A stretch of 64,000 nt of DNA, taken from contig NIVC01001560.1 in assembly GCA_002269645.1 (NCBI GenBank), positions 14,338 to 78,337 on the forward strand, in the 5' to 3' direction. Position 1 is the stretch's first letter. Each line of letters starts with the position of its first letter. The translations under genes and the position numbers were made by a program. Under the pieces are notes generated by a model. The model searched no databases, was not told the origin of the DNA, and worked only from the letters and a program-made list of their open reading frames with translations. This stretch comes from Macrostomum lignano (taxonomy: Eukaryota). Below, piece by piece: positions 24,094-36,056 of this stretch.

Positions 24094-24188
<95 letters not shown>
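24064..24188. repeat. (TGTC)n microsatellite
   Basis: Direct periodicity. Confidence 0.96.
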
Positions 24189-24836
24189 AGCATCAAATCT
24201 GTTGATTAGGCCCTGAGCTCAATATCTGTAATCCTGCCCAGGCTGGTTTGCAAGGAGACTGCCAGGGCGAAGTCAATCAATTAGAGCAGCAGAGTGAAAA
24301 GATAAGAGAACTGCCTCGCCAATTCCTTAAAGAACAGAGCAGACTTTTCTTTCAGCCATTATCTACAGAAAGTAATAAATCTGGTCTATAATACAGGGGA
24401 AAATCATCGCAGCCAGTGTCTCAGCTACTGAGTTCACCAGTAGAATAAAAATCAATTCAAATCTTAATGACAGCTGCAGATCAACTTCACTGTCTTTGAG
24501 CATCATTCGCGAAATTATTTAAGACCCAGTGATTAAAGGAAGCGAGAGTCTGAGGATCTGCCAATCCGATGTCGAGTTTTGATGCACTGGTACAGAAAAG
24601 AGGAACTGCAGGCGGACAGCCCTGTCCTCAGAGCCAAATTGTTACGAAATTCATAAACGGGAATAAACAAGCCAAGCTCACTTCCTGGAAAGCATTTTTC
24701 TGTCTATGAAGTGGAAGCAGCTTCCCGTCTGGTCTTCCGCGAACTTCGATTTTGTGGGCTATCTACCGGACTATTAGGTGACTCACGGTGAATGGACTTT
24801 AAAAGGCCTATACTTTCCAGCATATACATCATTTGG

Positions 24837-25735
<899 letters not shown>

Positions 25736-26221
25736 ACTTACATTCTCACTCCCACTTTCACACATTCTTATCGATTTTCATTCTCATTCTCCATATTTAA
25801 GAAATTGTGAAATCAGTAAATTCAGGATTCTTATCACAAAAGACTTCTGTATCATCACTTGTTCCATGGACAGCCAAAATTTATTGGTGAGTTTCGATGT
25901 CCATGACAGGTTCTAAATCTTTTCTACGCTCGCAATATAAAATTGAATCCATTGCACAAAAATTATCTGTATTGTGGGAGCAAGCCTCAATATTAGTTTT
26001 ACGACGTAATTATTGCATTCTGCAAGTACGTGCAAGTACGTCGAGTACTTTGAGTACATAATGCTTGTTCTCGCATTTGATAATTGTTCGGTAAAAATAT
26101 ATCAAATCTATCGCTAGTAACAAGTTTTGAATATCGATACAAATGGACAACGATGCAAATGAATATTTCCAGTGAATTAAATGGAAACGGGGTTTACTCA
26201 AAAACAAATACAAAAATCCAT

Positions 26222-26715
26222 TGACAGCCAATCAGCGACAAGATAGAGATTAAGATGCGACAACAGATATACTCGAAGCCAATCAATGACAAGATAACGG
26301 CAGAGACACAAAAAATCTACGAGATACAAGATAAAACAGCTCTATCTCGTACGAGCTATCTAGCCAATCAGCGACAATCAGGACAGAGAGACAACAGCTC
26401 TATCTACAGCCAATCAGCGACAAGATAGAGACAGAGACACAACAGCTCTATCTAAAGTCAATCAGCGAAAAGATAGGGACAGAGAGACAACTGATATCTA
26501 CAGCCAATCAGCGATAAGAAAGGGACAGACAACTGATATATCTACAGCCAATCAGCGAAAAGATAGGGACAGAGAGACAACTGATATCTACAGCCAATTA
26601 GCGACAAGATAGAGACAGAGAGACAACGTTATATATCTACAGCCAATCAGCGACAAGATAGGGATAGAGAGACAACAGCTCTATATACAGCTTATCAATG
26701 ACAAGATAGGGGTAG
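26222..26715. repeat. Degenerate ~45-50-bp repeat built on cagccaatcagcgacaagatag
   Basis: About 9 recurrences of the core motif. Confidence 0.85.
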
Positions 26716-26875
26716 AGAACTAAAAACATCTCTAGCGATAGCAGCTGATAGCAAATGATTGCTTGTACATTGCATATTGTTTGGGTAATAGAGCTGGTAT
26801 TTTAAAGAAGTTTATTAAACAAATTGATCGGGTCTTTCATAGTTATTTGACGGGGCCGAATCTGTCAGCTGACAG

Positions 26876-28717
26876 TCACGGGTGCTGGCACCGACCGCCC
26901 ATAGAGTTGCATAGGCTGTACACCTGCTGCTTGAAGTAGGTGTTCATGCAGCCGTAGATGATTGGATTAACGCCGTGGTTAATAAAATAGCAATAAAATA
27001 TGATATTAACAATGATATCCTTGAGCCTGTTGCTCCAATTCGAGAACTTGTCAACTTCAAGTTTAGAGGTGAAATTTCCGGTGGAAGTTGATAAAATCTG
27101 GATTCTGCCGGAGCCGGGCCAGCTGGGGCTGGGCCAGCCGCTGCTGCTGTTGTTGCTAGCGGCCACTACAGGCCCTGAGCTGTCGGCATCCCAGCCGGGG
27201 CCCCAGTGAGCATTGTACACGAGCAGAAATGGCAGGTAGGATAACACGTAGAAGAACGTGATGACACTCAGCACTTTAGCGGTTTTAATATGCGGCCGTT
27301 TGCGCGCCCGTTCGGCCAGATCGCGACGCGCCTGCGCCAGCTGCACTGACCCGATTGAGTTGTCGCGCGCTGAGGTCCAGGAACGGCGCTGCGGCTGCTG
27401 CTGCTTCGACAGGCGGCGCTGCTTCACCTCCTCTTGCACTGCGGCCGGGTCGGCGGCTTCAGCTGCGTCCTCCTCCTCAACAATCCTGTCTGAGCCCGGT
27501 CCGGTGTCAGCCTCATCTTTAACTAGTCCAGCCTCCTCGGCTGGGACCTTCTCAGCTACTAGCGACTCAGCCGCTCCATCATTAGTTGGAGCAGTCAGCA
27601 TCAGCACTTCATCAATGTTAGTCTCCAGGCAGCAGTCCGACACACCTGCTGACGCGGAGGCATCGGCGCCGTTAAGGGCTGCCAGCGCCGCGGCCACGGC
27701 CGACGCGCCTCCATGGTGACTCATGAGCTCCACACCGGCGCAGGTGGTCACCTCCGTCTCTTCAGCGCGCGACGACAGGCGCCGGACAACGCGTCGCTTT
27801 TTTTTCTTGTCGCCGGCGCCCCTACCGGCGCATTGGCCGCCTCTGCTGCAGGCACCGCCGCAGCTGAGCTCAGCTGAGCAGCGGCCCGCTTTCGATCCGA
27901 TCGAGTGCTCAACCGGGCAGTCGCCGCTAGACATCCGGGCTGCCTTGCACCTGCTCTTGCTCCGGCTCCGGCTGCCGGCGTGGGCCACCCAGGAGCGCGA
28001 CCGGGCCCACCGGTGCTGCCGGCGCCGCACAAACGCAAAAATGTTGGCGTAGAAGAACAGCAGCAGCAGCAGAGCGCAGGCGAACAGCACAGAGAGGCCG
28101 GTCTTGTACGCCTGCATCACTGGGGTGCTCACCAGCTCGTTGTCGGTGGTGCAGTAGGCCACGGGCAGCTCCACGCCGCCGTCGGCCAGTTCAATGCGCA
28201 TCCTGGTGCCAGTTGTGAGGCCGCCCGGTACACCGACAGCGCAGCCGAGACCCACCGCCAAGGCCACGTAGGCCAGGGAGCTGCGCCGGCCGGTCTGCAC
28301 GCCGGGCACGAAGCAGATGATGACGAACCGGTCCACAGCGATGAGGCAGAGCAGAAAAGCCGACGATGGCACCAACGAATAGCGAAGGATGTGGAAAAGT
28401 TTGCAGCACAGCTCCGAGCTAGACCTGTGCCAGACGTCCTGGTAGAGAGTCGACGGGATGACCACAGCGCATACCAGCAGGTCCAGCACCGCCAGTGCGA
28501 TCACGTAGACATTCTGAGGCAGGTCGCGGAGGCTGCGGTGGAAGAACACAATGACCAGACTGTTGCCAACAATGCCGAGCAGGGAGATCAAGCACAGGCA
28601 GACTGTGATGCAAATCAGTAGCGAATTTGGCATCCGATTTTCAGCTCGACGTCTTTCGATCAGTTCGGCCAGGTGGATTTTGTACAGGTCGGGGTGAACA
28701 GAGGTCCAGTTGGCCAT
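26876..28717 (-). CDS. Intronless class A (rhodopsin-like) GPCR, peptide-receptor type, 613 aa
   Basis: Seven hydrophobic segments; TM1 GN, TM2 LAxxD, TM3 C and DRF, TM5 Y, TM6 SYLP, TM7 NPIIY; N-terminal NWT sequon; ICL3 of ~250 aa. Confidence 0.93.
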   Translation of the reverse strand: MANWTSVHPDLYKIHLAELIERRRAENRMPNSLLICITVCLCLISLLGIVGNSLVIVFFHRSLRDLPQNVYVIALAVLDLLVCAVVIPSTLYQDVWHRSSSELCCKLFHILRYSLVPSSAFLLCLIAVDRFVIICFVPGVQTGRRSSLAYVALAVGLGCAVGVPGGLTTGTRMRIELADGGVELPVAYCTTDNELVSTPVMQAYKTGLSVLFACALLLLLFFYANIFAFVRRRQHRWARSRSWVAHAGSRSRSKSRCKAARMSSGDCPVEHSIGSKAGRCSAELSCGGACSRGGQCAGRGAGDKKKKRRVVRRLSSRAEETEVTTCAGVELMSHHGGASAVAAALAALNGADASASAGVSDCCLETNIDEVLMLTAPTNDGAAESLVAEKVPAEEAGLVKDEADTGPGSDRIVEEEDAAEAADPAAVQEEVKQRRLSKQQQPQRRSWTSARDNSIGSVQLAQARRDLAERARKRPHIKTAKVLSVITFFYVLSYLPFLLVYNAHWGPGWDADSSGPVVAASNNSSSGWPSPSWPGSGRIQILSTSTGNFTSKLEVDKFSNWSNRLKDIIVNIIFYCYFINHGVNPIIYGCMNTYFKQQVYSLCNSMGGRCQHP

Positions 28718-28814
28718 GGCTCTGATGTCAGCGTGGGAAGATTTTCCTGCGTGTTTTAATTTGCGTTGCTAGGCATCATTATTCAAGCATCATAGTTAGC
28801 AGTCGTTTTTCCCA

Positions 28815-29105
28815 CCTGAGGATTGAAGGTGGAGGTAATTTCTCAACCTGAGGATCTGAGGTAAAGGTAATTTCCCAACCTGAGGATCTGAGGTAAAGGT
28901 TATTTCCCAACCTGAGGATCTGAGGTGAATTTATTCCCCGACCTGAGGATCTGAGGTGAATTTATTCCCCAGCCTGAGGATCTGAGGTGAATTTATTCCC
29001 CAACCTGAGGATCTGAGGTGAATTTATTTCCCAGCCTGAGGATCTGAGGTGAATTTATTTCCCAACCTGAGGATCTGAGGTGAATTTATTTCCCAACCTG
29101 AGGAT
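28815..29105. repeat. ~31-bp minisatellite (cctgaggatctgaggtgaatttattccccaa), ~9 copies, upstream of the GPCR
   Basis: Direct periodicity. Confidence 0.92.
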
Positions 29106-29711
29106 GCGAGGCAAAGGCAACCTTAAATCACCAAAAAATCTGAAGATTTTAGCCATCTTCCCTATCAGACTTTCATTTGAAAAAAAATCTCTCAATAATT
29201 TTCCCCAAGGGGCCGATGAGTGCAACGGCAAGTTCATTAAAAGAAAAAAGGAAAATTTCTGTGTGAGGCACAGCCTGCGGTATCCGGCTGCAGCTGCTAT
29301 CTGGGTTTTTTGACAGGGACTTCAATTAGTTCTTGACTGAGTAGCGGAAGCCTTGAGGATTGATACAAAATTTGGAAATTGCTTTATTACTCCCGTATTA
29401 TGCAGCTAATGAAGGAAACTATTTAGAATTAGAAAACAGAAAACTTACTAATTGGAGTTCCGATTGGCTTCTGTTGAAGATTTTAATCAATTTCTTACCA
29501 GACTCAACTCTGCTCTTATGGAGTTGCGGCTGCCTTGAGCACAACGGGCTTATCTCTGCACTCCCAACATATAGATTTATCAGGACTGCGAGCTGACCAA
29601 TCAGAGCTCAGCTGACTTCCATTTGTCAGCTCAGGCTTTTCACTGCTATTGGAAATTTTCTAGAGGCCATTGGCTCAGAAAGGGTATTGTCTGGAGTTCT
29701 AACTAACTAAC

Positions 29712-30024
29712 TTGTTAGTCCAGTGCTCTGATGTGCCAGCAACCCAGGCTCGATTCCAAGTGCAGTCACATTAGTTTGGGGCTGCTAAATTGGAATCTCA
29801 GCTTGGCTCTGCTCGTGCAATTAACGGCCTTGAGGTGAAGTGTACATGCCTAACGATAAATAAAGTTAGGGCTGCTGTACACTCCTGTGTGAGTGTGTGC
29901 CTGCGTACGTATCCGCGCGCTTGTGTGCCTGCTCAGGGGAGTCGGCGGAATGGGCAGCAATGCCTCTCGCCGGTTGTGTGACAATGTCGCTTAAAGTGCG
30001 CCAGGGTGCACACAGCCTCCTGCA
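29712..30024 (+). mobile_element. tRNA-derived SINE-like interspersed repeat, family 1, copy A
   Basis: Inverted homolog at 48676-49008 and a partial homolog at 61284-61440. Degenerate A box (tagtccagtg) and B box (ggctcgattcc). Confidence 0.75.
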
Positions 30025-30859
30025 TCTCAATAACTCAAGCATTAGTAAGCACAGCAGTTTTATTAGCCAGATTATTTAGTTGAAGTGTAGCAATATGATG
30101 CTGCCATCCAGTTGCCATGCAGTTTTCTCAACCACTTGGAGAGAATATTTCGGAGAAAATAGATAGTAATGTAATTATGTGATGGTCTAAAAGACATGAT
30201 GAACTTTGCAAAAAACAGCTATCAAAATTAATCAGTAACTTCATATTGCATGTCAGTTTTAATCTTGGAAATTCAAATTAATTCTAGTTATTAAGATTCA
30301 TTTTTTCTTTTCAGAGTTCGAAAAATACGTAAATTTAGGGAAAGTCAGTCAAGCCAATGTGAGATGGTGGATGAAGTTAAAAGAGAAAAAAATCACCTGA
30401 CTATTGACTGCCAGATCCCTCTGTATCAATTTTGATTTGGGACAAAATTCAAAAGATTAAAAAGCTGTGTCGCTAGGCACGCAAGCAAATCAAGCATTGA
30501 ACGGCTCCTAATTCTGATGATCCCAACGGTTTCTATCTGGCTTTTTTGCCTCAAGCACGCTACTGCTCAGCTGCGACTTTCGCGCTTGCTTACTTTTTCA
30601 GTTCAGAGACTCGCGCGTCAGTGATCCTTGGTTCGATTCCGTGCGTACCCACATTTATTTGGAGATTGACAATCAGGAGAGTTCATCGCGCGACAAGCTC
30701 CGGGAGTCGAACCCGGGTAACTCTATTCTCGAACTGGGTTTTAACCAATCACACCCCAGCAGCAAGGAGGACGAACAGCAGGCAGGCAATGTCTATGGCC
30801 GAAGCAGCGCGAGAGTTTGGGAAAACGACCCGTAGAAACGATAAGTTCCGGCAGGAGCG

Positions 30860-32075
30860 ACGTGGCACAGAGGGCGGCGCGCATATAAAAAGCGGGTGAG
30901 CAAACCCCCACACCACGGAGAAGTATAGAGGGCGGCGCGCAGATAAAAAGCGGGTGAGCAAACCCCCACCCCACCCCACCCCACGGAGAAGTATAGAGGG
31001 CGGCGCGCAGATAAAAAAGCGGGTGAGCAAACCCCCCACCCCACGGAGAAGTATAGAGGGCAGCGCGCAGATAAAAAAGCGGGTGAGCAAACCCCCACCC
31101 CACGGAGAAGTATAAAGGGCGGCGCGCAGATAAAGAGCGGGTGAGCAAACCCCACCCCCACCCCACCTCACGGAGAAGTATAGAGGGCGGCGCGCAGATA
31201 AAAAAGCGGGTGAGCAAACCCCCCACCCACGGAGAAGTATAGAGGGCGGCGCGCAGATAAAAAGCGGGTGAGCAAACCCCCACCCCACCCCACCCCACGG
31301 AGAAGTATAGAGGGCGGCGCGCAGATAAAAAAGCGGGTGAGCAAACCCCCCACCCCACGGAGAAGTATAGAGGGCGGCGTGCAGATAAAAAGCGGGTGAG
31401 CAAACCCCCCACCCCACGGAGAAGTATAGAGGGCGGCGCGCAGATAAAAAGCGGGTGAGCAAACCCCCCACCCCACCCCACCCCACGGAGAAGTATAGAG
31501 GGCGGCGCGCAGATAAAAAGCGGGTGAGCAAACCCCCACCCCACCCCACTCCACGGAGAAGTATAGAGGGCGGCGCGCAGATAAAAAAGCGGGTGAGCAA
31601 ACCCCCCACCCCACGGAGAAGTATAGAGGGCGGCGTGCAGATAAAAAGCGGGTGAGCAAACCCCCACCCCACGGAGAAGTATAGAGGGCGGCGTGCAGAT
31701 AAAAAGCGGGTGAGCAAACCCCCACCCCACCCCACCCCACGGAGAAGTATAGAGGGCGGCGCGCAGATAAAAAAGCGGGTGAGCAAACCCCCCACCCCAC
31801 GGAGAAGTATAGAGGGCGGCGTGCAGATAAAAAGCGGGTGAGCAAACCCCCCACCCCACGGAGAAGTATAGAGGGCGGCGCGCAGATAAAAAGCGGGTGA
31901 GCAAACCCCCACCCCACCCCACCCCACGGAGAAGTATAGAGGGCGGCGCGCAGATAAAAAGCGGGTGAGCAAACCCCCACCCCACCCCACCCCACGGAGA
32001 AGTATAGAGGGCGGCGCGCAGATAAAAAAGCGGGTGAGCAAACCCCCCACCCCACTGAGAAGTATAGAGGACGGC
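30860..32075. repeat. ~56-70-bp GC-rich minisatellite (ggagaagtatagagggcggcgcgcagataaaaagcgggtgagcaaacccc(cac..)n), ~20 copies
   Basis: Direct periodicity. Unit length varies through (cccca)n and the A-run. Confidence 0.97.
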
Positions 32076-33102
32076 GCACAAAGGCGGCACAAAGTACATC
32101 GCAAGGAGGGGTGGATGGCTAACACCCATTTCACTCCAGGCTCACAAAGGAGCCCTAAGAGAAATGGAGGCATCAAAAGTTTTCCAAGGTGAATTTCTAA
32201 ATAATTGCTGCTACATCTGCTCCTAGTAGAAATACGAGACAGATAAAGCACAAGTTGCCCTTTTGTAGCCACACAATATAAGTATAATGTTGCCTAAACG
32301 AAAACAAAAATTCATATCGCCTAAAAGACCCCGTCAATTTTGGCGATCAATACTTCAATTTTTCAATATTCGAGTCCAAGTTAAAAATTTTGGAAACAAA
32401 ATTTGTCATGAATAAAATCATAAGGTAGTGATGGTTGCCAATGCTTGCGCAAAAAAAGTTGCACAAAATGTCAGCCGGCTGTTCTTTTAAAGATTTTGCC
32501 AAGCTTGATGAAACCGAGACGTGCTCCACTGGCGCACTGCTCAGCCGGGCGACTTGCCGCAGGGCCTGCGGGCCAGAACCCAACCGCCTGCAGTTGGTGA
32601 CGTGAAGAAAATCACAGGAAATGCTCTCCAATACAAAGACACTGGGACTCGCTTCTGCAAAGAGAAAAAAAACGTCCATCTGACTATTCGACAGATTTCG
32701 AACTGCCCAGCTCTCTCTCTCTCCCGGGATCCCGGGACGCGTGCGAGACAGTCGAATGAGGCAATAAAATGCTACAAAATGCTCTCGGGATGGGCCAGGG
32801 ACTACTGAATGAATCTGGAACTGCTTTTTTACAACTAGAGGTCATTCAATAATCCCTATTGTCGAAGTGCAAAATACTTAATAATTTTTAAACAAAAGCG
32901 TTCGATTTCTAGAAATTGGTGACACATTTTCGAACTGAATAAATTATTTCGTGCGAGCCGGAAACACCAGCCAACTCTCGCGCCACAGTTACAGGCTTTT
33001 TAGTGCGCGCCTAGTCACGTTAATTTATTGTTTGCGGCTGGCAGCGTGATTTACGTCCATGAGGGAACAAGGCAACAGAGTGAGGTGATGAGAAACCGAG
33101 AC

Positions 33103-33178
<76 letters not shown>

Positions 33179-33234
33179 GTTAGCCTGAACCAGGCTAACT
33201 TACCAGGCTAACTTAAAGCCTGAACCAGGCTAAC

Positions 33235-33272
<38 letters not shown>

Positions 33273-33286
33273 GGTTAGTTAGTTAG
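33103..33286. repeat. Palindrome: (CTAA)n arm, hairpin core, (TTAG)n arm
   Basis: taagttagcctg-aac-caggctaactta (33176-33202) is a perfect 12-bp stem. The core is partly duplicated (33217-33231) before the (TTAG)n arm. Confidence 0.93.
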
Positions 33287-33290
33287 TAGC

Positions 33291-33548
33291 TGCTTGCCGC
33301 AGCCAATCAAGCTGAAAGCACGCACACAAGATCACCGGAAACGATTAAGGCAGCTGGAAAGCCAATGGGCGCGGTAAGCGCTTTTATCCAGAGGAACTAC
33401 CTGCTGGAACCAGCTATGCCGAACGAAAATCAGACTACTCAAGTAGTGCAAAAGAGTACGTGCAACTACCGAGAAATCTAATTTTCGTAACCGCTCCGGT
33501 GCAGGTCCTGGCTATAGATAGTAGATAGCGAGAAAGAGCGAGCGAAGC
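33291..33548 (+). mobile_element. (TTAG)n-associated ~220-bp interspersed repeat, copy 1
   Basis: 33291-33512 is nearly identical (1 mismatch seen) to the reverse complement of ~42017-42232. Confidence 0.8.
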
Positions 33549-34238
<690 letters not shown>

Positions 34239-34875
34239 CAACAAGGACTCTCAACTCTACGACTCCCTTTGATGAGCTGTGGATTCAAGCTCAGCCGTCC
34301 TGCTTGGGCTCGTCACATTCAAGCATGTGTCTGTTTTACCCTAGGTTTAGCAGCGCTCATTAATTTTTTATTTACAGCAAGAAACTCCAAGCTGTGTCGT
34401 TACGTCTCCTACTTGCGATTTGAATGCGTTTTTTGGGGATTTTTTCCCTATCGACTGGAGATATGAGAGCTCGGTTTTGAAGCCCCAATGTATTTGGGTT
34501 TCAAATTTCAATGGAGATTATACGAGTGCCAGATGTGAGACACAAGAAAATCTAGGGACTGTTTCCAATGCCTCTGTTCAAGTGCGTTTATACATGCGCC
34601 CTTTTCCCTGCCATTGGAACTGAAGTTTCCCAATTTCTGATTTTCTTGTGTTGCATAAATGTTTTGTCTGACAGACTCGCTTTGACTAAAGGAGCTTTAC
34701 TCAACTCACTAGCTGGTCGGGGCCTGCTAATCCCCTGCCTCGCTTGGATACTGGGATTATGAGCTTATCGCCTAATCTCTCTAATCTGTTCATTTAGGGG
34801 CGCAGTTCGTTACCGTTTGGCGACACTTTTGCGAAAAATGTTTTTTGCCCTCTGCACCGCAGCACGGAGAGAAGG

Positions 34876-35522
34876 GTGCCAGCTACAGATGTGGCGCTAT
34901 GCCAGCTACAGATGTGGCGCTATGCCAGCTACAGATGTGGCGCTATGCCAGCTACAGATGTGGCGCTATGCCAGCTACAGATGTGGCGCTATGCCAGCTA
35001 GAAATGTGGCGCCATGCCAGCTACAGATGTGGCGCTATGCCAGCTACAGATGTGGCGCTATGCCAGCTAGAGATGTGGCGCTATGCCAGCTACAGAGATG
35101 GGATGCTATGCCAGCTACAGATGTGGCGCTATGCCAGCTACAGATGTGGCGCTATGCCAGCTAGAGATGTGGCGCCATGCCAGCTAGAGATGGGATGCTA
35201 TGCCAGCTACAGAGATGGGATGCTATGCCAGCTACAGAGATGGGATGCTATGCCAGCTACAGAGATGGGATGCTATGCCAGCTACAGAGATGGGATGCTA
35301 TGCCAGCTACAGAGATGGGATGCTATGCCAGCTACAGAGATGGGATGCTATGCCAGCTACAGAGATGGGATGCTATGCCAGCTACAGAGATGGGATGCTA
35401 TGCCAGCTACAGAGATGGGATGCTATGCCAGCTACAGAGATGGGATGCTATGCCAGCTACAGAGATGGGATGCTATGCCAGCTACAGAGATGGGATGCTA
35501 TGCCAGCTACAGAGCTACAGCT
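34876..35522. repeat. Minisatellite switching from a 23-bp unit (gccagctacagatgtggcgctat) to a 25-bp unit (gccagctacagagatgggatgctat)
   Basis: Direct periodicity with interleaved units at ~35085-35200. Confidence 0.96.
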
Positions 35523-36056
35523 ACCTATTACACACTAACGGCGATGCCCGATAAAATTTAAAGATATGGCTGTACAGACACGCTTTAGAGGCTTAGGATC
35601 TTGGTACGCATGTTTTTCACCTAAAAACTATAATATTTTGATCAGAAGCGTCATCTCACTAGAGTGCGTGTTCACTGGATTTGCTCTGTCAAATGATCTT
35701 TTATAGCTAAAATATACTCGTATCCATGAAACTTGAGCTGTCACGCAGAGATAAGGAAGTTTGTAAATCGTGAGAGCCGAGCTCTCAAGTCGAGCAGAGA
35801 CACGAATAAAGCGCGCCCCATGTTGACAAACCAAGTTGAAGCAATTTTTTATCTTGCAATGAAATAACCGGTTGCGCATTTCTCTTCCGTCATTGGCTTC
35901 TTTTTATTGTATTCCATTCTATCAGTCCATAGCGAAATGCAAATAAGACTCGTCTCGCAGTTGTTTAGGTTTTAAAAACACAAAATGAGCAAAATAATTA
36001 AAGTGTCACACAAAGACGGGAAGGTTGCCGTGGAGGAGGCTGAGCTCATCCGGGAT

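Noticed and set aside
27258-28621. Antisense or alternate-frame ORFs over the GPCR, SoxB1, FAM78, ATAD2 and K2P
   Set aside because: Shadow ORFs typical of GC-rich coding sequence.
33176-33235. Sequencing-adapter fold-back chimera
   Set aside because: The core does not resemble the SMRTbell adapter as I recall it, and the unique flanks are not inverted copies. Read-level checking is still advised.
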